The notes beneath the pieces are model-generated. The model saw only the letters and a list, made by a program, of their open reading frames with translations, did no database searches and was not told the origin of the DNA. A program made the position numbers and the translations under genes. This document shows positions 52,310 to 64,000 of a stretch of DNA of 64,000 nucleotides, piece after piece. How positions within the stretch are numbered: position 1 is the stretch's first letter; the number at the start of each line of letters is the position of its first letter. This DNA is from Kondoa subrosea (lineage: Eukaryota), in the NCBI GenBank assembly GCA_039545335.1, contig BCIN01000001.1, positions 2,043,129 to 2,107,128 of the forward strand, read 5' to 3'.

Positions 52310-53219
52310 CTAGTATTTGTACCGAGTTGAGTAATCTGTTTGCACATGGAATTCTTCTGAAATGATCCGCAACCTTTACGGAAAAAAGTACCTTTGGGAC
52401 TAACGACCAGACCACGACCTTTACTTGCTCCGCGATAGATAGTCTCGATGATATCGATGATCTGAATCGCAGCTTAGCAAGACTTCACTTTATCTAGGAC
52501 TATTTTGGAAAAGAAGGCTTACCTCTTGCTTGTCGTCCATTGCCCAGTTGATCTAGGCTTGTGATGAGGTTTGTCAAACGACAGAGACTCTGATAAACTC
52601 ACCTTATTGTTGTTACCCGTCCCAAGATCGATCATAATATGCTTGTTACCTAGAAGCAGCTCAGGACAATCATAGCGAGCCATAGCGTCTACACGAACGA
52701 TAGAAGAACATCTTCACATGAAGATTGATCAGTTGTCGGATGCACTCAAGGTCAAAGTTGCTTACCACAGTGACAGCATCGTACAATTCATACATCTTGT
52801 TGAAATCAGGTACCTAGAGCCAAATCTGAGCCCATGAAAGGAAAAGTAAGAAAGGCTGACATACTTCTGTCGTGTCTACTAGACTGTGAAAAACCAATTC
52901 AGTGAATATCGCGAGGAACAAGAAGGGTGTCTTACTAGATGACAGCGAAGTTTTTCACTTTCTCCGATACTCCATAGAGTGTTTCGTCCATAGTCATACA
53001 TTGAGGATCCTGAGCATATGATTAGCATGGAGCAGGACTTGTAAGACGAGAACTCACATGATCGTGTCCAAAGCGAATGATCACAACTCTGTCTTCTTCC
53101 GCTAGAATAGCTTGATCGACATGCCAGCCTGCCCATGCACCCCATTAGCATCCAGTTGCACTGCTGAATGTACAGGCAGGTCACGCACCTGAATGCAGAT
53201 GTGCAAGTAAATATGACAT
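52310..53219 (-). CDS. DIB1: U5 snRNP thioredoxin-like protein Dib1/Dim1 (TXNL4A)
   Basis: HLHSGWHVDQAILAEEDRVVIIRFG, VPDFNKMYELYD, NKHIMIDLGTGNNNK, GLVVSPKDYSTRYKY. Confidence 0.96.
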
Positions 53220-53406
53220 CTTGATGAACCGCCGTCTGTGGAAACGCTGAGGTGTTGACTCTCGCGAATGACACTAGGAAGATAGGCTGATAGACAGACA
53301 GTCTTCACACCAGTGAAATCAGAAGAGTGGCTGCTTTGGTGCAAGTCGCATAAATCAGTCCTTGCTTTGTGTAAGGAAACAACCGAGACCGAATGACAGG
53401 CAGATT

Positions 53407-56400
53407 ATGGGCAACGCACCAAGCTCTGTGGCTGCTCTTCCTCCCGCTATAGTCAATTCCAGCTTGCAAGGTCCAGCGTCGGCGAGCTATCTAGCTGAAC
53501 TTGGAGCAGGGTTGCAACATGAGCGGTCGTGTGTCTATTGGGCTTGTGAATGGCTGCAGAGCTGAGTAAAGTCCTTAGGATTGGTCCCTCCCGCTTTCTC
53601 AAAGCAATCAAAGCAAGGCATCAGCGCCTGTCTGACGGATACACAAGCCCTATAGTGGTGAAGGTCTTTGTCAAGCCCGATGGCGCTATCTCTCTCAAAG
53701 CCTTCACAAGGAAGCTCTTGGCTGAACGTGATGCGTTGCAAGATGTGCCAAATGTCTTGCCTTACCAGAAGATCTTCGAAACCGAACATGCTGGTTATCT
53801 GGTTCGACAGTGGTTGGCAAGTAGCTTGTACGATAGAATCAGTACAAGACCTTTCCTAAGTCTTCTTGAAAAGAAATGGATCGCCTATCAATTGCTGATC
53901 GCTTTGCGCGACATTCATGAGCGAAAAGTAGCTCACGGAGATATCAAGTCAGAGAATATTTTGGTCACTTCAGCTTTGTGGGTCTATCTGACAGACTTCG
54001 CGCCTTTCAAACCTGTCGAATTGCCTTTGGACGACCCTTCAGATTTCTCGTACTACTTCGATACCTCGGGACGAAGAACTTGCTATATAGCACCAGAAAG
54101 GTTCTTGACCGAGCCTGCTACTTCAGCTAGAGATGCACCTCGCTCACGCCCGACATCAAAGGCAGACAAAGCAGTCGTAACTGAAGCAATGGACCTCTTC
54201 AGTTTGGGGTGTGTTTTGGCTGAGCTCTTTTGCGATGGCGTACCACCTTTCAGTCTCAGTCAGCTTTTTCGATATCGAAGCGGTGATTATGTACAAGAAT
54301 TAAGCAACTACTTCAAACAGATTGAAGATCCATCCATGCAAAATATGATCCGTTCAATGTGTTCTCTGGATCCAGAAGCTCGTCTTACCTGTTCAGAGCA
54401 TTTAGCAACAGCTAACTTACCAGAATGGTTTCCTGAAATGCACAATTACCTTGCAAATCTGAACGACATTACTGCTCCTGCGTTGGCTCCTCCTTCAAAC
54501 ACAAACAAAGCAACTTCCTCTGTGGATATACCAATGGCTAGAAAGGATCCCGTCTTGAGAAGTGACGCGGACGAGAGATTAGAACGATTGTCAATGGATT
54601 GGGAAACTTTGGTTGAGATGTTGGTCGTGCCGGAAGATGGATTCAGAAGGGCTCCGAAAGTAGACTTGAATCACCTGGAAGTCAAGACGGACGAGACTTT
54701 CTTCCCCCTTCGCCTTGGATTACCTGGTTTTGAGATCTTGATGCCTACGCGGTTGGAGGGCAAGAGTGCAAAGGAGGATGGAAAGTACTAATTTCTGTTC
54801 CATAGGTTGTCCGCTAACGACAATTGATCTTGCAGACGGTGCCGCTCTTTTACTTCTTTCTATAATCAGCAGCTGCTCAAGAAGTGCTCTACGGCCATCG
54901 TCTGTTCTTCGGTCAATCGATATGCTCCTTTATATCTCACTCTATCTGACTGACGAAACCAACTTGGATCGATTACTTCCTTGCATAGTGTATCTACTAC
55001 AAGATGATGTTGCTGCAGTAAGAGCTGAAGCTGTTCGGGCGCTAGCGCAGATTGTACGTGTAGGATACTTCACAATGATACGCATCCACTAATAATCGAC
55101 ATCCGACACAGATGCTACTCATCGACTGCATCACTCCGTCAAACGCGACTATGTTCACGGACTACTTGATGGAGAATCTACGACCTCTCATCAACGACTC
55201 GGACGACCTTGTTCGTATGACTCATGTTCAATGTTTGGCGTCATTTGCGGATTGCGGAAATCGGTTTTTGGCCATGCTCAATCCTATGCAAGTGACGGCT
55301 TCGCTGGTCGTGAACAAGGATGAGCTTGAAGATGTTCCAGTAGAGGTATGAGCAAGCTTCATATGCTCATAAATTGGCCTGACCGATCAACGAAACAGAT
55401 GAATTATGATGCAAAGAAGGAAGAAATTCGCCTATTGATCCAAGAACAAGTGATAGAATGCCTACTGGCTGACTCTTCACCAAATGTCCGTCGTGCGCTA
55501 GTGCAGTCCATTGCTCCTTTGTGCACCTTCTTTGGCCGGACAAAATCAGCAGACGTCCTGCTTAGTCATATGATCACGTTTTTGAATGATGGCGATTGGA
55601 TGCTTCGAGCCAGCTTCTTTGAATGCTCAGTCTCTATTGCAAGCTGTGTGGGTGGACGATGTGTCGAAGAGTATGTCTTACCGCTCATGCTGCAAGCCCT
55701 TCATGGTGAGTTCGTGTCGAGACTGGGGAGACTCTGCGCTAAGCAAGATACCAGATCCCGAAGAAACAGTCACAACCCAAGTCCTCGCTTCGCTGAGCGC
55801 GATGGTCCGCCTCGACTTGTTAAAACATGCAAATTTATATGACATCTTTGATTCGATACTCGGTCTTCTCTGTCATCCAAACAACTGGATCCGCAAAAAT
55901 ACTGCCTTTGTGATATCTTCAATCGCTCAAGCACTACCGCATGCCGATGTTTGGTGCTGCCTATTACCTGCGATGAGGCGTCTGCTTCGAGCAGATTTGG
56001 TTGATTTCCAGCCGAAGGAAGTACTTGACACGGTGCACGCATCTGTCAGTTGTCCATAGTCCATTTAGGTTTCCGCTGAATCAAGTGCGCCCAGCTTTCT
56101 AGAATCACCTTCGAGGCTGCTGTTGCATGGGCTGCGAGAGCAGACAGCAAATCTACTTTCTGGAGATCAGCAAGCGAGCTCAACAGCACCAGAAGTACAG
56201 GACTTCTACCTGCCTCAATGCAGAAGAACGCCAACAAGGATGTAGCGCGATCAGATGAGTAGGTCAAACAGTCTCGACCGCTGTGTTTGCGCTGACACAC
56301 GGACTACTCTGTAGAGATGCAGCACAGCTCGATAAGCTCAGACAACTAGGTCTCACTGCTACGGACGAGCTGAAGCTTGAGTTCATGAGGGACCACATTT

Positions 56401-58764
56401 CAAGACTAGCAATCGCTCGTAAAAGGTCGGAATCACCAGGATCCCCAAAAAGCAGCCGCCTGAAAGATGTTGCCAGTAATGCTTCAAGAGCGAAAGATAG
56501 TTCTAGCTTGGCAATCGGGTTGGTAGCCTTGCAAAATCATGGTGAATGTTTGCGATTACCAACGTTCACACCCTCTGACGACATATACAGGGGTGACTCC
56601 GCAAACCATCTTCTATAGTGCTGGCGCCGTCAAAGACGATATGACTGCAACTATGAATCGTCTGGGTCTAAGATCTCAAGCTGCCCGCCCAAGTCTCGGC
56701 AATTTGTCACCTGTGGTATCATCGAGCTCATTGGACTTGCCGACCCATTCCGCCAACCGCATTGTCAGCGAAAGCAACACGGTTCTGGAAGATCTTCGTA
56801 AACGATTGATGCAAAATACTATTTCTAATGGTTCAGCTTCCATAGGTCATATGTTGTCCAATCCAGCGACACCAGACTCCGAGACACCTTCGTTCACTCA
56901 TAGACCTTCTTCAGTATCACCCTCATCAGAGAATACTTCTACTTTTCCTGGTCTGCCTTATCGTCCAGCTCCAAACCGAGTCAGCAGCAGACCGGCCAGT
57001 CGAGTCAGCAGTGCTGGTGTCGCAGTCGGGCGTGTAGAACCCGCAATTGGTCAAGATTTGACAACAGCTATCGGCCAGCTCAATATTGACGCCCATTATC
57101 GAGTTGAAGATGATCAAGCTTCAGCGTTTTCGACACCTGGCCCCTTCGCTAGTCCGCAAGTTAAGCCTTATCATGGCCAGCGTTTCATTACGACCTACGA
57201 AGGGCACGATCCAAGCATCCGTCAACTCCTAGAACGGACTTACCTCGACACGTATCGAGAGCTCCTCCCAGAATTTGGACCAAATGTGCCGGCTGGCAGA
57301 ATCAGACGTCGATCCTCTCGGGCAAGTCATACATCTCGCGAGACGTCAGGTCACCCAGAAGGTATATTGGTTGCTCATCTTCATGAACACACGGCCGAAA
57401 TTTCGTCCTTGGTCGTTTCTCCTGACCATGTCTTCTTCATTTCGGCTTCGAAAGATAAGTCTGTCAAAGTATGGGACGCTGCTAGATTAGAAAAGAACGT
57501 TGCTAGCAAGTCCCGACAAACCATACAATTCGGCGATCCAGTGTCAGCTCTATGCATTCTGGAGAATTCGCATTGCTTTGCAGCAGCTTGTACATCAGGA
57601 GAAGTCAAGATCTTTCGTGTTGATGTTGCTTCTTCTGGATCGTTGCCGAAGTATGGGAAGCAAGCGTTGATTCGACAATATGTCTTTGATGAACCAGGAG
57701 AGTATGCACAAGCATTGCTGCATCACTCTTCAGGTCAGTGTTCTATTGGGAATGAATATCAATGCTCATTGTGAAAGCATACAGAAACCGAATCCTCGCT
57801 GCTCTGCGGTACTTCAACCTCGAACATTATCACTCTTGATCTTCGTAGCATGCGAATAACGGCGACTTGGCGTGTGCCTCGACAATATGGCCCTGTAACC
57901 AACCTTTGCATAGATCGCAAGCGAGTTTGGCTGCTAGCTGGAACAGCAATTGGTTATTTATGCCTTTGGGATCTGCGCTTTGGCATCATTCTACGGGCAT
58001 GGCATGTCTCTGGTCTGGATCCATCACCATCCATTCGCATTCATTCTCTTGCTTTACATCCCGCAAAAGGCAAAGGAAAATGGGTCTTTGTCTGCACGGA
58101 TTCCGGATCAACACATAGTTCCCTCACCATTTGGGATGTCAGTCAAGCGAAGATAGTGGAAGACTTCAAGCTAGGTGATCAAACATCCGAGGCACCTCAA
58201 ATACCTGGAGTCCAATCTGAAAGTGACCTCTCCCCTTCCGATGCAATCAAGGCTTTTCTTGAGTCATCCGATCGTACCTCTGATGCACAAGCATCGCCTT
58301 CGAGCATACAAAGCTTTTATGTGGCAACCGAATATGACACCGCAACAAGTGGAAGTCATAGACTTGGTGCAATCAATAACTCGACAGCCGCGTTCTCATC
58401 CGGTGAACTTGTAAATGCAAATGGTTCCGCTTCTGGTTACGTCTTGACTGGAGGCAATGACCTCAAGCTCCGCTATTGGGATCTTGGTACAGTCGAGAAG
58501 AGCCTTATTTACTCCTCACCTGGAGAGTCCAAACCTCGTTATAGCATAAAGCAGAGCAGCAACGACGGCGAAGCAGTCTCAAGTCATACAGAAGAAGTCA
58601 CTGGACCTCCTAATGCTCGACATCGCTCTACAATGATTGCTCACTATCAGCAACAACTTCTCAAAGCTCATCAAGAATCTATCACTGCTATTTCGGCCTT
58701 ATCTGTACCATTCCCATGTGTTGTATCGGGCGATCGCTCAGGAGTGATCAAAGTATTTCAGTAA
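53407..58764 (+). CDS. VPS15: Vps15 / PI3K regulatory subunit 4 (kinase-HEAT-WD40)
   Basis: MGN myristoylation start, LYDRISTRPFL, HGDIKSEN, FDTSGRRTCYIAPERF, HEAT repeats, C-terminal WD40. Confidence 0.96.
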
Positions 58765-58886
58765 AATATCAGCTACATTGTATACCTCGGCATAAAGACT
58801 AAATTAGCATTATGTAATTTCTTTGGTTTTCCTGCAACAATGCTGAAACCCATATATCGCGACCCATATACCTCACTACACGTGAT

Positions 58887-60690
58887 ATGACTGATCCGGT
58901 CTCGATAGCTAGTCTTCTGCCATCATGGGCTGCTTTGGTTGCACAAATACAATCTATCTTGCTCAACAGCTCTCCGCCGCCTTGTGCTGCCATTCACGCT
59001 GCAGATACGTCTACTTTGGATTTGTTATTGCAGTCGCTGTTTGGCGAAATCAATGCCAGCAGTACTTTGCCGCGAGCAGCATTCGTCGACTGCTTGGTTT
59101 ACCAGACACCGAAGTCAATCTATGACCATATCCTCAACACTCTGGCAGATTGGGATGCAAAATTCTCAAGTGATCTTCAAGGTGCGCAGAATTGGGATGG
59201 AAGGCTTGAAGATCCTGGCACGAAGCATGAAGAAAGACCTACGAAACGAGCTCGGTTGGATTGGGATACAACTGAATTACCTGCTCATTCCTCTGCGAAA
59301 GGCGCATTAGCTGGTCATGTAGACGATTCCCTCGCTGCATTTTTGGAAGGGTTGCAAGCTGTCTTTAAGCTGGATGCGGATCTCAATAGCGAGGGAAACA
59401 ATTCTGATTTACCCCGGTATATTGTCTTCGAGAACGCGGAAAGGCTAGTTGCTATCAATCAAGCTCCAGCTGCAACAGGAGTGACCGCTTTGGAGGATAA
59501 TGTAAACGAAGGGACTTTTTTCGCTGCGCTTACTCGATTGTCTGAACTTGTGAGTGTCGATATCACTCAAGAGTCATCTACTGAGCGTATTCTTAGACCG
59601 GCCAACCTGTTGTACCTATTTTCGTATCCAATCTGGACTACTTCAAATATCGACCTCGAATGGGCCGAGCTGCAGAACCTGGTCCAGCGGCTATCTTTAG
59701 CGCTCCTCGTCTACAGAAGGAAGGTACGCGATGGCTGTATGATTTGATGTACATCGTACATAAGAAGTTGCTATACAGATATGGTCAATCTTCTATCACA
59801 TCACTATGAACCTGTCATCAGCGTATGCTCGCCGGCGACACAGCAAAATCTCTTCTACTCGTTCATTGGTCTACTCTACGACACTTTCTCTGCACATTTC
59901 GATTCTTCTTCTGCAGTTGAAGAACTAGCAACACTCGCTTCTGGCCCATTATGGTTTCAATACTTGTCCTGGGTCGAGCAAGAACAAGTTTCAGCAACAG
60001 ATTCAGCTCGATTAACTTCTCTACTCAGGCCTTACTTGGCTGAAAAGCTCAATACTATGGGAACCCTTTATCCTTTCAACCCTGATAAGAAATTAGACGA
60101 TTCTACTCTGAAATTGACGACTATCGGACAATATTTACTCATCGCGAGTTATTTGTGCTCTTACAATCCTCCGAGAGTGGATGTACGGCTTTTGGCTGTA
60201 AGAGAAGGGGAAGGTTTGGATTCACCCAAGAAGAAGGGCAAACGGAAAGCAAAAAGCTTTACTAGTGTAACTTTTCCTCTTTCGCCAACGAAATTTTTAT
60301 GGCGCTCACTGGTGGTTTTCTGTTGACAGCGGAAAGGTGATGCTAGTCGATTAACGGGACCCAAAGCTTTTCCGCTTGAAAGATTGTTGGCAGTCTTTGA
60401 CTGCATCCTTCCTGAAGAATTGACCCATCTGGTTGGAACGGTTGATGTGTTCCAAGAAGTGAATTAAAGCTTTCCTTTTTCAAAGATTGGATGTACTAAG
60501 ATGCGACCTTCAGATCAGTTCACTAGTCAATCTACGCTTGTTAAGTCGGACATCTGCTGGCGGAGGAATATCGATAGACAAGCTTGACGGAATCAAGCTC
60601 AAGTGTAATTTGGGGTGGGAAGCTGTAGATCGGATTGGGCAGTCTGTAAAAATGAATGTACAAGATAGATTATGGATCACAGAAGATTAG
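58887..60690 (+). CDS. ORC5: Origin recognition complex subunit 5
   Basis: YIVFENAERL, RLSEL, YLLIASYLCSYNPPRVD, GPKAFPLERLLAVF, ISSLVNLRLL. Confidence 0.85.
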
Positions 60691-60717
60691 ATGGCGAAGA
60701 TAAATGTACAATGAATG

Positions 60718-61758
60718 CTACGATGATTTCTTTGCAGGCTGATTTCCTTGCGATGTCGGCTTTCGCTTCTTCTTGAACAGCGAAGGTGCTGGTGCTATAT
60801 CCGGCTTGGTATCTTCCTCTTCTTGTTTTACATCTCCTGTTGCGGTCTCTTGCTTTGGCTCAACATTATACTCTTCAACCTCGTACTCTCCCTTTACGTA
60901 GACCCCAAACTCTGCCTTCTTGAAGCCTTTCTTTGGTCCTGTGTCTGATTCGTCCACTTTCACTTGAACCAAGTCTTCTTCCTGTTTTGCTTTGCCTTTT
61001 CCCTTAGGTTTCAATTTGATGTCCATCAAAGCAGGATCATACAAATCATCATCAACGTTGAGAATCTTTTCCCCTAAAGTTCTTCCAGCCGGTCTAACTC
61101 TTTCTTCATATACTTTAGGTTCACCAGTCGTTTGAAATGAAGAAGTAGAAGCTACAGGTCTGGTAGGGTTTGATACAGTTTGCCAAGAACCTAATCTGAC
61201 TTCTTGCTGACGAGCTTCTTGTTCTTTTATCAGTTGAGCAGCTTGTTCGTCCACGAAACCGAGTGACGCAGCGGAAGAATAATTGGCATAAGGATCAGAT
61301 GAGGCAGTAGATTTCTTTGATGTAGATGGTTTAGCTTTCGCATAGCCTGAGAAATCACCAGCAGCCTGTCACAACTCATTTTACGTCAGTTTAGAAGAAA
61401 GCTGAGAGTTATGAATGACTGACAGCGTTTACTCTCGCTATTTCTGCAGCTTCTTCATCTTTCTCCTTCTTGTTCACTTCACCTTTCTTGTAAACCTCTC
61501 TCACATAACGATCTACGTTGCCTTTATGTTTCAAACCGGTTTCATGTTGTGATCGAGAAGGTTTGTCGTCCGCTATATAGATCTTACACTGTAGCACATA
61601 CAAAGACAGCTTCAGTTAGTTACGGGCAGAAGTGCATACTGCAAGAGAACTTACATAAGTGCAGAAATATTTCTTATTGCTGTAAGCAGCATCAGCATCA
61701 GCATGCTATACACGACACACATACGAGAATCAACTCACGATTTCCAATAATCTGACAT
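60718..61758 (-). CDS. U1-type zinc-finger splicing factor (WBP4/FBP21-like)
   Basis: MSDYWKSNKKYFCTYCKIYIADDKPSRSQHETGLKH; DPYANYSSAASLG; GSWQTV; FKKKRK. Confidence 0.85.
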
Positions 61759-61795
61759 TTCGACTCTGTTCGTCCAACTGCTTCACAACACTTCA

Positions 61796-62536
61796 ATGCC
61801 GCCCAAGAAGAAGATAATAGTAGACGACGACTCAGATGATGAAGAGCAACAGAAATTGAAAGAGGTGCGCGTCGTTGCCTGCGAATGAGGTATTGATGTT
61901 GAAATTGGGTTGGACAGGGCTTGAAAGCTGCTGTGTTTTATACTGTGGCTACTATTTGTCAAGAAGAAGAGGTGAGTCAGAGTATCTGACGTTCTCCAGA
62001 AGAAGAGAGGACTGACAGAACGATGTAAAGATGGCCTTGAACGGATTGATCGTACAGCCTGCTTTTACTGCTGCTCTGGTGGAATTGGTAAGTCTTGGAG
62101 TCCGCTTTTGCATCACGTGCCGATCTCTCTGCTAGGTCTATTCGCAAGCTCGTAAGCTACGCGCAGAGGTAAGGCGAAGCTAGGACCTGACACCTCGAAG
62201 TGTTTCTCGCTAGCGAACTAGAGGCTTTCGCACAGTAAGGCCTGCTCTCAGCTTTCCCCTACACATTGTCTCAGAAAAAAGGAGTAGACACGCCAACCGC
62301 TCAAGTATTACAATAGACGACATTTACCTCGTTTGTCGAAACAACCCCAGCCTGAAAGCTCTTTTGTCAGAAGAAGCTGTACACTTCGGAGCTGAAGCTG
62401 CTCCTTCTGGTCCTACGTGGGTGCATTGTGCGATTAGCATGTTTGTTATGCTAAATTGCATTGGAACACCCACAGCAAGAAAGTTACAAAGCCTGGTAAA
62501 GCGAAAGCAATCACGAAGCGCTCGACAACGAAGTAG
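61796..62536 (+). CDS. MHF1: Centromere protein S / MHF1 histone-fold protein
   Basis: LKAAVFYTVATIC, PAFTAALVELV, ASELEAFA.HANRSSITIDDIYLVCRNNPSL. Confidence 0.85.
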
Positions 62537-62956
62537 ATCTCTGCTTGCGGCTTTTAGTGAGCTGTCTCGTCTCATCAAACACTTACTTCAACTGATAATG
62601 CTTGTCTTATCTTCAACCTTCACAGACTACTTCCACTGCGATGTGCCTCTCGTCTTCTGCTCTATTTTATCTACTATCCGGCTCTCAGCTGAGCAAGTTA
62701 CGTCGAAGAAGACACGGAGGCTATACCGTCAAATCACGCTGATGACTATCATTCCCCCATTATCGAATAGCCAAGCATGTCCATACCATATTGCATACTG
62801 TAATCCATCAGATGACTTCCTCGCGTTGCTCTTGATCTAGCTTCCTCGGCTCTTTCAACACTTGGCGAGTTGCTCTTCTCGTAGCAGCCCACTGACGAAG
62901 CCTTCAGCTCGTCCCATATCCAATCAGTCCAGACAGACGAGCCTAAAGCAGCTATC

Positions 62957-64000
62957 ATGGATGATACACGACAACTGCGTCAGATCCTGCCAGCGTGAGT
63001 TCTGAGTCAATGTTTATCATGCATTACCTATTCATGCCTGGCGCAGAGTTACTGCAATAGCTGCAGTCGTTCTAGCATGCTCAAGGTACGTCTTCGTCTG
63101 TCTTGCTTACATTAGTCAGCAGCTCTAATGCCATTCACTATTAGCTCTATGATGCTATATTCCAACTTCTCGAAATCCAACTCTTCCACTGGCGGCGGAG
63201 GAGCTCCGATTTATATATACAACACTCCGTTATCCAATAACGGAGGACCACCACCACCTCTTCCTCCGTTTGAAGATGGACAAGAAGGACAACCTTCCTC
63301 TGATCCTTCAGCAATTGAAGCGGATACTGAAAAACGCTACAAATCAATCACACAATACTGGTACGCTGAATTCTAATGTGGAATGAACTTTGGAAGGCTG
63401 ATGAGGACGAGTTGTAAAACAGGTCTGAATTGGAGATGCAGTGGAAAGATAGAGAAGAAGTGGTACTTACCCCTGAACAAGAAGCAGCTGCTAAGAAACT
63501 ACTCTTCGTACGTCTCACAAACTCTTGTCTTAAGTGAGATTACAATAAGTCTGATTATGAATTGGGTGTAAAGACGGTCAGATACCGTTCTTTGGGTCAT
63601 AATGATGATGCGAAAGAAGTCTTACTTGATTTCAGCTCTAAAGCAATCATTCAAGTCTTGAAAGAATATTTGAAAGAATGTGAAGAAGTTCATGAAGAGA
63701 AAGTGACTTTGAACGCTCAACATGTGTTTCGTCATTTGCAAGAAATTCAAGCAGCTTTGATCGAGAAGAAGAATGCGATTGCTGGGAAAGACAAGAAAGT
63801 TACAGAAGATAAAGCTGTTGGAACAGATGATACTACGGATAAAGCTGTTGGAACAGATGATACCACTGTAGCTATAATTGAGAAACCGGTGGAACAGAAG
63901 AAAGAGAAGAAGAAGAAGAGTCCCGCGTATACTCAGGTGGAATTGGAAGCTCAAGTAGATGAACTTGGACAGCTTCTAGCATGTTCGTTGATCTCAGTTC
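62957..64000 (+). CDS. Hypothetical protein, truncated by window end
   Basis: Several short ORFs with plausible splice sites, Pro-rich and charged coiled-coil segments; start and exon structure uncertain. Confidence 0.35.
63808..63864 (+). repeat. Tandem 30-nt duplication (GATAAAGCTGTTGGAACAGATGATAC x2; DKAVGTDDT x2)
   Basis: Exact 26-nt unit repeated at 30-nt spacing, frame-preserving. Confidence 0.85.

Noticed and set aside
4954..58764. ATG9, ATG22-like and VPS15 as an autophagy gene cluster
   Set aside because: They are separated by many unrelated housekeeping genes; co-occurrence in a compact genome is plausibly chance

Overview
Very gene-dense eukaryotic (fungal) DNA with many short (~45-70 nt) GT/GC-AG introns and CTRAY branch sites. 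The gene content suggests a basidiomycete, probably a yeast-like lineage (inference). About 34 protein-coding loci are supported, mostly housekeeping: MFS transporter, pepsin-like protease, ATG9, APC amino-acid permease, COG6, VanZ-like protein, complex I NDUFA8, ATG22-like, LEU2, SIW14-like phosphatase, HAM1/ITPase, SSP120-like, two F-box-like proteins, NNT1/EFM7, GDSL esterase, GH114 hydrolase, a degenerate SidL/AlcB-like acyltransferase, VAS1, SEC13, VMA6, SPT2, cyclophilin, DIB1, VPS15, ORC5, WBP4-like zinc finger and CENP-S/MHF1. The standout is at ~47.7-49.0 kb: an intron-containing C-terminal Fanzor/TnpB-like module (VDEGYSSQVC...CxxC...NRDLSAASNI) lacking RuvC-I, fused in frame between the N- and C-terminal parts of what looks like a basidiomycete ubiquitin-associated (KPVIYL...LEWGG) family gene. 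Several apparent pseudo-enzymes are also present. All gene models are by-eye splicing and family calls are motif recognition from memory; no database searches were run.
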